Positions 27,277 through 35,823 of a stretch of DNA of 64,000 bases are shown here, in pieces. The DNA is taken from contig DASWML010000001.1 of the NCBI GenBank assembly GCA_036399795.1, forward strand, positions 42,712 to 106,711, in the 5' to 3' direction. The notes below the pieces were generated by a model. The model saw only the letters and a list, made by a program, of their open reading frames with translations, did no database searches and was not told the DNA's origin. The stretch comes from Flavobacterium sp. GTDB lineage: Bacteria; Bacteroidota; Bacteroidia; Flavobacteriales; Flavobacteriaceae. The translations under genes and the position numbers were made by a program. Position 1 is the stretch's first letter. Each line of letters opens with the position of its first letter.

Positions 27277-27924
27277 ATGGAGGATTTTTTTCAGTATGTT
27301 AACCCAATCAAGATTTCCGTGCTGCTTACGATGCTGTACGCGTTTTCGGGTTTTCATCCTAATAAAACCAACCATCGTTATCTTTTGGCGATTTTAATAA
27401 TTAGTTTCCTTAATGAGGTTTCAAATTCCATCCTGCTGTTAGCAGAATTTCATACAGGAACATTAACCACCATCAGCGTTGTCATCCACCACTGCGCCTG
27501 GTTGCTGCTGTTGGGACAAAATGTAAGGCTCAAAAAATTGTCTGTCGCCGCACTGGCGTGCTTTGTGTCGGCGGCAGTCATTAATTTCCTCTTTATCGAA
27601 GGTCCGGTCCACTTTAATTACTACACCTTTGTGACCGGGGCATTCCTATATCTCTGCATCTTCATTGCCGAAAGCTTTTTAAGGCTGAAAGAAGAGGATT
27701 TCTCCTTTTTTTTGTCAAACGATTACCTTCTGCTGCTTGCCCCCGTTTTGTTTTTCTTCGGAATGAGCCTGATGTTCGGGTTTAAGAGCAGGACCGTAAC
27801 TTCGACAGTGGTTTTCGGAAGCATAAAACTTTACGCCATCGTAAGCTACTTTGTGAACATCCTTTATTATTTGTTCATTAACCTTTATATTTATCACGAA
27901 AAAAAGCTCCAGAATGCTGTATGA
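27277..27924 (+). CDS. polytopic membrane protein (about 7 TM), possible detached sensor domain of the downstream kinase
   Basis: It contains seven hydrophobic helices. It ends 11 nt inside the start of the kinase ORF. An A7 run at 27899-27905 lies in the region where both frames are open. Confidence 0.6.
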   Translation: MEDFFQYVNPIKISVLLTMLYAFSGFHPNKTNHRYLLAILIISFLNEVSNSILLLAEFHTGTLTTISVVIHHCAWLLLLGQNVRLKKLSVAALACFVSAAVINFLFIEGPVHFNYYTFVTGAFLYLCIFIAESFLRLKEEDFSFFLSNDYLLLLAPVLFFFGMSLMFGFKSRTVTSTVVFGSIKLYAIVSYFVNILYYLFINLYIYHEKKLQNAV

Positions 27925-28687
27925 CGTTGCCTTTGGTATCATCATCGTCCTGATTTTTATCAGTTTGGTCGTACTCTTTTGTGTGCTTCTCGGCAAGCTC
28001 TACATTCATAAGATAAAGAATTATACACGGCTGATTTACCAAAAAGATATCGATTTCCAGAAGGTACTCAATACTACCATTATGGAAACCCAGGAACAGG
28101 TGCTGAATAATATTTCTCAGGATCTTCATGACGATACCGGCCAGCAGATTACCTATATCAATTTCCAGATCGAGAATCTCAGGCTTGATTCTGCCGTGCT
28201 TTATGAGGCATTGGAACCGCTTTCCCAGTCGGTGCAACAGCTTTCGTCTTCAATACGCAGCATCAGTCATTCCCTGAACAATCAAATGGTTTTGCAGCAG
28301 GATCTCATCAAAGCAATTAAGACCGAAACAGAACGACTGGAGAAAAATGGCCGTCTTGAAATCGAATTTCTATGTACAGAAGGACGCGGAAAGTTCAGCA
28401 CTGAAGAAAAAATACTAATTTACCGCATATTTCAGGAGATCATCAGCAATGTCCTGAAGCATTCGAAAGCCACAAAGATCAATATTGACATCAGTTTTCT
28501 GCCTTTGTTCCGGATGGAAATACGGGATAACGGCAAAGGATTCGACCCAAAAGCAATATCTGGAAATGTATCGCTCGGACTAAAAGGAATGCAGGAACGC
28601 GCAGCGATAATCAATTATGACCTTACAGTGGACTCTACTATCGGAAAAGGCACCGTGGTAACCATTAGTGAAAAACAATTAGTATGA
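27914..28687 (+). CDS. NarL/DegS-type sensor histidine kinase (one TM, HisKA_3, HATPase_c)
   Basis: One N-terminal TM segment is present. The H-box is LHDDTGQQITYINFQIE, and DNGKGF with LGLKGMQERA marks the ATPase domain. Confidence 0.85.
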   Translation: MLYDVAFGIIIVLIFISLVVLFCVLLGKLYIHKIKNYTRLIYQKDIDFQKVLNTTIMETQEQVLNNISQDLHDDTGQQITYINFQIENLRLDSAVLYEALEPLSQSVQQLSSSIRSISHSLNNQMVLQQDLIKAIKTETERLEKNGRLEIEFLCTEGRGKFSTEEKILIYRIFQEIISNVLKHSKATKINIDISFLPLFRMEIRDNGKGFDPKAISGNVSLGLKGMQERAAIINYDLTVDSTIGKGTVVTISEKQLV

Positions 28688-29343
28688 AGGAGACTACAAT
28701 CGGAATTATCGACGATCACAAGATTGTCAGGAACGGCCTGAAGGAGTTACTGCAAAAGATCAGCAATTATAGGGTTATCGCAGAATTTGACAGTGGTGAA
28801 GAGTTTCTTGAGTCGCTTCCACTGAAGAATAAGCCCGATCTTTTTATCCTTGATTATTCGATGCGGCAAATGAATGGCATTGATGTCCTGAAAGCGCTCG
28901 AAGCGATGAAAGGAGAAGAATTCAAGGTCATTCTGCTGACACAACACTTCGATGAAAGCATTATTGATGCAGCCTATTCCCATGGTGCGCGCGCCTTTCT
29001 TCATAAAAATTGTACAGCCGCCGAAATGAAGGCAGCGATAGACAATGTGATCAGCATCGGTTACAATAATATTACGGATATCCTGAAAAGAGTGCGGAAT
29101 TATGATGAAACATCAAAAGCCCCCAAAGAAAAAATTACGCTGACCGAAAGGGAAAATGAATTTCTCAAACTGGTATGTGACGAAAGGGAACTGACTTATC
29201 AGGAAATGGCGCAGATGATGGGCGTGTCATCAAAATCTATTGATGTTTACCGGACATCGCTGTTTGACCGCTACAAGATCAAATCTAAAGTTGGCCTTGT
29301 GCTTTTCGCCCATAAATATAAGCTGGCGGAGCCATTCTTATAA
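28684..29343 (+). CDS. LuxR/NarL-family response regulator (REC plus HTH)
   Basis: The REC domain has DLFILDYSM (phospho-acceptor Asp). The C-terminal LuxR HTH region is LTERENEFLKLV...YQEMAQMMGVSSKSIDVYR. A 4-nt overlap links it to the kinase gene. Confidence 0.9.
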   Translation: MKETTIGIIDDHKIVRNGLKELLQKISNYRVIAEFDSGEEFLESLPLKNKPDLFILDYSMRQMNGIDVLKALEAMKGEEFKVILLTQHFDESIIDAAYSHGARAFLHKNCTAAEMKAAIDNVISIGYNNITDILKRVRNYDETSKAPKEKITLTERENEFLKLVCDERELTYQEMAQMMGVSSKSIDVYRTSLFDRYKIKSKVGLVLFAHKYKLAEPFL

Positions 29344-29353
29344 AAAATAGAAA

Positions 29354-29374
29354 GGGCAGCCAAAAAAGCTGCCC
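29354..29374. terminator. hairpin GGGCAGC-CAAAAAA-GCTGCCC between convergent RR and holA genes
   Basis: It has a perfect 7-bp GC-rich stem. The T-rich tract is better on the minus strand. Confidence 0.5.
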
Positions 29375-29509
29375 TTCCCAACTAACTAAGTAACCAATCA
29401 AACATGAAATCTCATGCATGCATAAAACTTCTTGAGATATAGTAACGAAGATTAGTATTGTAAAGATATAATCTTTAACATTCATTTGGTGATAAAATAA
29501 TCTTAAAAT

Positions 29510-30547
29510 TTAAGTTAGGCTGAAAATCTTTATAAGCATCTCTTTCAGGAGGTCGGCCTGAGAAAGCGAATTGGCTCCGACACCTTTGCTTTTAACATCC
29601 ACATCGCGCAGCGCGGAAACAATACTACTGACTTTCCGCATCGGATAATTTTTGGCGGCCACAGCGTAATCATTTACAAAATAAGGATTCACTTTCAGCA
29701 CTGAAGCCACATTTTTAGAAGATTTGTCTTTTAATCCATGGTATTGCAGCAACTGCACAAAAAAGCGGAAAACCTGGCTTGTCGTAACCACCAATGGATT
29801 GTCTTTAGGGTTATCGGCAAAATATTGCGCAATCTGATAAGACCTCAACTGGCTGCGTTCGCCAAGTGCCTTGATCAATTCGAAATTATTGAAATCCTTA
29901 CTGAAGCCGATGTTCTCCTCAATGACTTTTGCTGTAATTGCACTTCCTTTCGGGAGTACGATCTGCAGTTTCTCCAGTTCATTGTTGATTTTACTGAGAT
30001 CTGTTCCGAGAAATTCGACGAGCATCGCGGCAGCTTTGGGTTCAATTGTGTAACCTTTACCCGAAAGAACCCTTTTAATCCAGTCGCCAACCTGATTTTC
30101 ATAAAGCTTCTTGCTTTCAAATACGATCCCACTTTTCTCGAGAAGCTTTGTCAGCTTTTTTCGCTTGTCGAGTGTTTTATATTTATAACAGAATACCAAC
30201 ACCGTGCTCGGCATAGGATGTTCGGCGTAATTTTCAAGCTTGTCAATGGAGCGTGCGAGTTCCTGCGCTTCTTTCACGATAACCACCTGGCGCTCTGCCA
30301 TCATCGGATAGCGTTTTGCCGTGGAAATGATATCTTCGATGGAAACATCGCGCCCGTAAAGGACAGTCTGATTAAAGCCCTTTTCCTCTTCCAGCAGGAC
30401 ATTCTGCTCAATATAATCCGTAAGTCGGTCGATGTAGTACGGCTCCTCGCCCATCAGGAAATATACAGGCCTGATGTTTCCGCCTTTAATGTCGCCTACA
30501 ATTTTTGCTGCTTCGTCCAAATGTTTTAGCTGAAAGTGTTGATACAT
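29510..30547 (-). CDS. holA: DNA polymerase III delta subunit
   Basis: It has the characteristic N-terminus ...IRPVYFLMGEEPYYID and the length and architecture of HolA. The start was trimmed to the ATG at 30547. Confidence 0.85.
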   Translation of the reverse strand: MYQHFQLKHLDEAAKIVGDIKGGNIRPVYFLMGEEPYYIDRLTDYIEQNVLLEEEKGFNQTVLYGRDVSIEDIISTAKRYPMMAERQVVIVKEAQELARSIDKLENYAEHPMPSTVLVFCYKYKTLDKRKKLTKLLEKSGIVFESKKLYENQVGDWIKRVLSGKGYTIEPKAAAMLVEFLGTDLSKINNELEKLQIVLPKGSAITAKVIEENIGFSKDFNNFELIKALGERSQLRSYQIAQYFADNPKDNPLVVTTSQVFRFFVQLLQYHGLKDKSSKNVASVLKVNPYFVNDYAVAAKNYPMRKVSSIVSALRDVDVKSKGVGANSLSQADLLKEMLIKIFSLT

Positions 30548-30583
30548 TTCACGGATGAGTTGTAAAGAGCATTGCAAAATTTC

Positions 30584-30591
30584 TATTTTTG
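30584..30591 (+). promoter_or_regulatory. -7-like box TATTTTTG only 5 nt before the ATG at 30596
   Basis: This is an exact TAnnTTTG match. If functional, the mRNA would be leaderless or nearly so. Confidence 0.3.
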
Positions 30592-30595
30592 CCCC

Positions 30596-31072
30596 ATGCA
30601 GCCTCTGAACTTTCCCCCGTGTGAATTCCGTTTCAAAAATAGCGAAAATAAAACTGCTGTTTTCGATGCCATCCGTAAAAAGTTCGTCATTCTTACCCCC
30701 GAAGAATGGGTGCGCCAACACGTGGTCACATTCCTGATGCGCGACAAAAAGTATCCGCTTTCACTGATAAATGTTGAAAAACTGCTGCGCATAAACGGAC
30801 TCACGAAACGTTATGATGTTGTTGTTTTTAATCCCGATGGTTCGGTGCTGGTCCTTGTTGAATGCAAAGCGCCGGAAATCCGCATTTCCCAAAGTACTTT
30901 TGATCAGATTGCGCGTTACAATATGACGCTCGAGGCAAAATTCCTGATGGTAACCAATGGCCTCAATCACTATTTCTGCATGATGGACCATCAGCAGGGA
31001 AAGTATAATTTTCTTGAAGACCTTCCTGAATATAAACAGGAAACCCTAAACCAACTTCAGGACAACCCGTGA
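30596..31072 (+). CDS. stand-alone type I restriction enzyme HsdR N-terminal (PD-(D/E)xK-like) domain protein
   Basis: MQPLNFPPCEFRFKNSENKTAVFDAIRKKFVILTPEEWVRQH... matches the conserved small Bacteroidetes protein usually found divergent from holA. No hsdM or hsdS gene is nearby. Confidence 0.75.
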   Translation: MQPLNFPPCEFRFKNSENKTAVFDAIRKKFVILTPEEWVRQHVVTFLMRDKKYPLSLINVEKLLRINGLTKRYDVVVFNPDGSVLVLVECKAPEIRISQSTFDQIARYNMTLEAKFLMVTNGLNHYFCMMDHQQGKYNFLEDLPEYKQETLNQLQDNP

Positions 31073-32064
31073 GAAAGGCGGCTGTTGTCATACTCAACTG
31101 GAACGGAAGACAGCTTCTGGAGCAATTCCTGCCGATCGTGGTGCGCTACTCGCAGGAAGCGACCGTATATGTTGCAGACAATGCTTCCGATGACGATTCC
31201 GTAGCTTTTGTGGAAGCAAATTTTCCGACCGTCAGAATCATTCAAAACCCAATCAATACCGGTTTTGCAAAAGGCTATAATGATGCCCTGCGCTTTGTAG
31301 AAGAGGAAATCTATGTGTTGCTGAATTCCGATGTTGAAGTTACCGAAAACTGGCTGAAACCCGCATTGGAAATTTTTGCACGAGAGCCGCAAACTGCAGT
31401 TATTCAGCCCAAAATATTGTCCTATCGCCAAAAGGACTATTTCGAGTATGCCGGAGCCGGCGGCGGTTTTTTAGATAAATACGGCTATCCTTTTTGCCGT
31501 GGGCGGATTTTCGGCAACCTTGAAAAAGACACTGGGCAATATAACGATACCACAGAAATATTCTGGGCCTCAGGAGCCTGTTTTTTTATCAGGAAAGACG
31601 TTTTCCGCGAACTTAAATGCTTTGATCCCTCGTATTTTGCACACCAGGAAGAAATAGACCTTTGCTGGCGCGCCATCAACCACCATTATAAAATTAAATA
31701 TTGTGGGCAATCGACTGTTTACCATGTCGGCGGCGCAACGCTTAACAGCCAGGATCCGCAAAAGACCTACCTTAACTTCAGGAACTCGCTTTTCACGCTC
31801 ATTAAGAACCTTCCCAGCAGAAAACTCGTGCCTGTAATCCTTTCCAGGCTTGTTCTTGATGGAATTGCTGCAATGGATTTTCTAATAAAAGGGAAATTCT
31901 CCCATATCTGGGCCATCTTAAAAGCGCACCTCGCCTTCTACTTCATGTTTTTCCATTTTTATGAGAAACGGACTATGTTTCAGCAGAAGAAATATTTCCG
32001 CGTTAAAAGCGTCGTTTATGCCTATTTTGTCAGGAAGAAGCGAACATTTTCATCCCTCTTTTAA
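31069..32064 (+). CDS. glycosyltransferase family 2
   Basis: AAVVILNWNGRQLL, VADNASDD and LLNSDVEV (DxD-like) are present. The GTG start overlaps the upstream stop codon (GTGA). Confidence 0.8.
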   Translation: MRKAAVVILNWNGRQLLEQFLPIVVRYSQEATVYVADNASDDDSVAFVEANFPTVRIIQNPINTGFAKGYNDALRFVEEEIYVLLNSDVEVTENWLKPALEIFAREPQTAVIQPKILSYRQKDYFEYAGAGGGFLDKYGYPFCRGRIFGNLEKDTGQYNDTTEIFWASGACFFIRKDVFRELKCFDPSYFAHQEEIDLCWRAINHHYKIKYCGQSTVYHVGGATLNSQDPQKTYLNFRNSLFTLIKNLPSRKLVPVILSRLVLDGIAAMDFLIKGKFSHIWAILKAHLAFYFMFFHFYEKRTMFQQKKYFRVKSVVYAYFVRKKRTFSSLF

Positions 32065-32108
32065 CAATAGTTTAAGTGGAGTTGAATTGTCCCGCCTATA
32101 AAAAATGT

Positions 32109-32116
32109 TAAATTTG
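32109..32116 (+). promoter_or_regulatory. -7 promoter box TAAATTTG for the OmpA-family gene
   Basis: An exact TAnnTTTG match lies 25 nt upstream of the ATG at 32141. Confidence 0.5.
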
Positions 32117-32140
32117 CCATTCTAACTAAAATTATCCTAT

Positions 32141-32974
32141 ATGAAAAGAGTCATTTTAGCTTTATCCGTCCTTGCTGTCCTCAGCACTTCCTGCGGAACG
32201 AAGAAAAAACTCGCCGCTTCTGAAGCAAGAAACAAGGAGCTTCAGGACCTGCTGAATACGGCTACAGTAAAATTGAATACATGCCTTTCAGAAAAAGATG
32301 CCCTCTCCGGCCAAATTGACTTCCTGAAAAAGAACAATTCCGATCTCATCAACAATATGGGCAACATGACCACGCTTTCTGCAAAAGGTGCTGAAAACAT
32401 CGAGAAAGCGCTGGAAAGCATGAAAGAAAAAGACCTGAAGATCACTCGCCTCCAGGATGCGCTTACCAAGAAAGACAGCGTTACCCTTGCCCTTGTCACC
32501 AGCCTCAAAGGTGCTGTGGGCATCAGTGATCCCGACATCCAGATCAATGTTGAGAAAGGTGTCGTGTTTATTTCAATTGCCGACAAGCTCCTGTTCAAAA
32601 GCGGAAGCTACATCGTGAGCGACCGTGCCCGTGAAATCCTTGCAAAAGTGGCGAAAGTCGTTAACAGCAAACCTGATTTCGAATGTATGGTTGAAGGCCA
32701 CACCGATAACGTACCGTTTAAAAGCGGGATATTGCTCGATAACTGGGACCTGAGCGTGAAGCGCTCTACTTCCATCATCCGCGTGTTGCAGGATTTGAAC
32801 GTTCCGCCAAAACAGCTTATCGCGGCCGGCCGTGCTGAATACGTTCCGCTGGTTGAGAACAATTCTGCCGAAAACCGCCAGGTCAACCGTCGTACAAGAA
32901 TCGTAGTGATGCCAAAAATCGACCAGTTCTACGACATGATCGAAACCGAAATGAAAAGAATGACAGGAAAATAA
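32141..32974 (+). CDS. OmpA/MotB-domain lipoprotein with N-terminal coiled coil
   Basis: The lipobox is LSTSC-G. The OmpA_C signature is EGHTDNVPF...NWDLSVKRSTSI...NRRTRIVV. Confidence 0.85.
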   Translation: MKRVILALSVLAVLSTSCGTKKKLAASEARNKELQDLLNTATVKLNTCLSEKDALSGQIDFLKKNNSDLINNMGNMTTLSAKGAENIEKALESMKEKDLKITRLQDALTKKDSVTLALVTSLKGAVGISDPDIQINVEKGVVFISIADKLLFKSGSYIVSDRAREILAKVAKVVNSKPDFECMVEGHTDNVPFKSGILLDNWDLSVKRSTSIIRVLQDLNVPPKQLIAAGRAEYVPLVENNSAENRQVNRRTRIVVMPKIDQFYDMIETEMKRMTGK

Positions 32975-32991
32975 TTTCTTCCATAAAATTG

Positions 32992-33019
32992 AAACGCCTC
33001 CATAACGGGGGCGTTTTTT
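32992..33019 (+). terminator. intrinsic terminator after the OmpA-family gene
   Basis: AAACGCCTCC-ATAAC-GGGGGCGTTT is followed by a T run. Confidence 0.65.
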
Positions 33020-33176
33020 ATTTGAAGCCATTCCTGCTGTACGCTGTATCTTTTTAAATTTCACGCTGCGCGGCAATTTAAAAAGGATGCCGCTTCCATC
33101 AGGGCTATGGCATGCGCATTGCCGGAAAATGCTACCTTGGTTGGCATTGCGTTAATCCAGTGTTACTGCAGTTGCT

Positions 33177-34136
33177 TTATTCACGTAATAAATCCCTTCC
33201 GCCTTTCAAAATGAGTGTCCCTCTTTGATACTTTGTCAGACTATCACGATTTGGATTTTCAGAATACTTTTTAATTACATCAGGATGAATTAACGCGGGA
33301 TTTAAATCCACTCTGTCTCGATAGTTCTCCCCTAAGAAATCCACAATTTTGAAGTTATATTTCTCCGCTAATTCGAGATAATACAAATACGATAATCTGT
33401 TTGTATATGCAATGGAATTTCCTGTCCATGATTCCCAATACTTATCTGAATATTTTAAAAAATTAAATTCCGAAATAGATTTATCCTGAAACAATCCTGG
33501 ATTTGCAAAGTGGTCTATGAAATTTATTGTATGTACGCAATAACCGTCCTTATCTATCCAATGTTTTGTTTTTTTGAAAAGGGTGTCTAAAATATCAGGA
33601 GAAACATGTTCTAACACCACTTGCGAAGTAATATAGTCAAATTCGGCAGATACTTTTTCTATATCATCAAAGCTGTAAGGTGCGATATAGTTTATATTTA
33701 ATAATTCAAACAATTCCGCAAGAGACGAAACCTTGCGTATCCGTCCTATCTTGCTACGTAATTCCGATTGCGAAAACTTTGAGTGGGTTAAAATGCTATT
33801 CACGAATATTTCTTCATCAAGATACTTGCTTTGTTTCTGGAAAGAAGAAAAAGTAACGTCTTTGGTTATGTCAACCGTTATGATCTTTTCAAAACCTACT
33901 AATGCCAATGAAATGGCAGAGACCAATGAATATCCGGTACCAATCTCCAACGCGACTAAATTGTTGGAAAGGTCAAGTTTTGAATAGCTAAATTTCCGTA
34001 ATGCTTCATGACTTTGATATGTAACTACATTTTTATGATAATTCTTATTTAAAGTGATCAGATGATGATTCATTTTATCGCCAAATCTTGATACTGCTAA
34101 AACTTTTTGAATAAATGCCTTTATATGCCAATCCAT
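33177..34136 (-). CDS. class I SAM-dependent methyltransferase (divergent, low GC)
   Basis: Motif I is ALEIGTGYS and motif-II-like is FDYITSQVVLEHV. GC is visibly lower than in the neighbouring genes. Confidence 0.7.
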   Translation of the reverse strand: MDWHIKAFIQKVLAVSRFGDKMNHHLITLNKNYHKNVVTYQSHEALRKFSYSKLDLSNNLVALEIGTGYSLVSAISLALVGFEKIITVDITKDVTFSSFQKQSKYLDEEIFVNSILTHSKFSQSELRSKIGRIRKVSSLAELFELLNINYIAPYSFDDIEKVSAEFDYITSQVVLEHVSPDILDTLFKKTKHWIDKDGYCVHTINFIDHFANPGLFQDKSISEFNFLKYSDKYWESWTGNSIAYTNRLSYLYYLELAEKYNFKIVDFLGENYRDRVDLNPALIHPDVIKKYSENPNRDSLTKYQRGTLILKGGRDLLRE

Positions 34137-34324
34137 TATGTATTGTTAGATGTATTTATGTTCCCCTGGTGCTATTGCAGTTAGCTGTATCGCATTTACC
34201 ATTTGCCGGAAATGCTATCTGTTGTTGCTAATGTAGTTCAAAATATGATTCACCTGAGTAGTTTCTGCAAGGACAGAAGCAGGCTGTGCCTGAATGCAGG
34301 CCGCCCGAAGTACTACTGAAACCG

Positions 34325-35119
34325 TTACATGCTGCCTTTCTTTTCGATAGTTATGAATAAGTAATCACCAAGAATGTTTTCATATTCATTTTTAATTTTT
34401 TCGAAAGCGCGATTGTCTATGTCGTTTCTAAGTTTTGCCAGTCCTTCTTTTACCTCTTCACTATTCGCTAATGATGAGAAAGACGAAATGCCGTGTCGAA
34501 TCTGGTCATCAAAATAGCATTCGGGCCTGTTCTTCCCAACATAGAGAAAACAGTCCTGAAGATCATCGTGGATAAAATACTTTTCAATACCACTAATTAT
34601 AAGACCTGCTTCTTCGGTTGCTTCTCTTATAACGTCAATCGAAGGCATTTGAACAATGGAAGAATGAAGCATTTTCGGAAAGTAATGGTTAAGCCAATAG
34701 CCTTTCATTTGTTCAGGTGTTGAAGTGAATAGTACAAGTTTTCCTTTGTCAGACAGTACTCTGCTGATTTCGCCGAATGCCTTTTTGATGTTCGACCAAT
34801 GGTGTATTGACAATGTTGCGATAATTCCATCAACAACCTTATCATCCATAGGTATATGTTCCGCAGTTCCTTTCAGCCAAGTCACGTTTTGGTTTCGAGC
34901 CTTAGCTTCGGCAAGCATTTTTTCCGATGGATCTATTCCAATAAATTTTAGTCCGTTGTCCGCTAACACACTGGTATAATTTCCCGTTCCGCAACCGAGG
35001 TCAAGATAGCGTTTGCCGTTTTGTGTTCGCAACAAGAAAAGAATTCTTGCCGTCAAATATGGGTCGGCTTTTCTGGTAGAATTATATCCTGTACCTATCT
35101 TGTCATATTTTACATCCAT
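34325..35119 (-). CDS. class I SAM-dependent methyltransferase (Methyltransf_11-like)
   Basis: YLDLGCGTGNYT and VDGIIATLSIHHW are present. The start was trimmed to the ATG at 35119 (MDVKYDKIGTGYN...). Confidence 0.8.
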   Translation of the reverse strand: MDVKYDKIGTGYNSTRKADPYLTARILFLLRTQNGKRYLDLGCGTGNYTSVLADNGLKFIGIDPSEKMLAEAKARNQNVTWLKGTAEHIPMDDKVVDGIIATLSIHHWSNIKKAFGEISRVLSDKGKLVLFTSTPEQMKGYWLNHYFPKMLHSSIVQMPSIDVIREATEEAGLIISGIEKYFIHDDLQDCFLYVGKNRPECYFDDQIRHGISSFSSLANSEEVKEGLAKLRNDIDNRAFEKIKNEYENILGDYLFITIEKKGSM

Positions 35120-35183
35120 TGTAATTGTATTTAAGGTTCTGCGAATAGGCAGCACAACGGGAATGGCATTTTCGCAACCGGAG

Positions 35184-35804
35184 CTAAAGAATGTCCAGGC
35201 TTCCTTTTCCTTCCCTGATGACTTCAGGCTCATTTCCTGAAAGGTCAATTATGGTCGACGGAATATTATCGCCATACCCGCCGTCAATCACTATGTCGAC
35301 GAGATTCTGCCATTTTTCAAATATCAGTTCAGGATCGGTGGAATATTCCAAAACCTCATCATCATCATAGATTGAAGTTGAAACAATAGGATTGCCAAGC
35401 TGGCGTACAATTTCAAGTGCGATGTTATTGGCGGGAACCCGGATGCCGACCGTCGTCTTCTTCTTGAATTCCTTTGGCAGGTTGTTGTTCCCCGGAAGAA
35501 TAAAAGTATATGGTCCCGGCAATGCCTTTTTCAACAGTTTGAAAGTCGACGTGTCGATTTGCTTCACATAATCAGAAAGATTGCTCAGGCTGTCGCAAAC
35601 AAAGGAAAAATTGGCCTTTTCAAGCTTTATTCCCTTGATCCTGGCGATTTTCTCCAGCGCACGGCTGTTGGTAATGTCGCAGCCCAGTCCGTAAACGGTA
35701 TCTGTCGGATAAATAACAAGTCCGCCATCACGCAATGCTTTTACGACTTTTGCGATCGCGGCCTCATTAGGCTTGTCTTCGTATATTTTTATGAACTGCG
35801 CCAT
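35184..35804 (-). CDS. tsaC: L-threonylcarbamoyladenylate synthase (YrdC/Sua5 family)
   Basis: VIYPTDTVYGLGCD and the PGPYTFIL motif are present. The start was trimmed to the ATG at 35804. Confidence 0.85.
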   Translation of the reverse strand: MAQFIKIYEDKPNEAAIAKVVKALRDGGLVIYPTDTVYGLGCDITNSRALEKIARIKGIKLEKANFSFVCDSLSNLSDYVKQIDTSTFKLLKKALPGPYTFILPGNNNLPKEFKKKTTVGIRVPANNIALEIVRQLGNPIVSTSIYDDDEVLEYSTDPELIFEKWQNLVDIVIDGGYGDNIPSTIIDLSGNEPEVIREGKGSLDIL

Positions 35805-35823
35805 GGGTTTTATAACATTATTA

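Noticed and set aside
29738-30529. 263-aa ORF on the plus strand
   Set aside because: It is antisense to holA. It has no motifs and looks like a typical shadow ORF of a well-supported gene.
30596-31072. HsdR N-terminal domain protein as evidence of a type I restriction-modification system
   Set aside because: It is only a 158-aa stand-alone domain. There are no hsdM or hsdS genes and no helicase portion. From memory, this small protein is a conserved neighbour of holA in Bacteroidetes.
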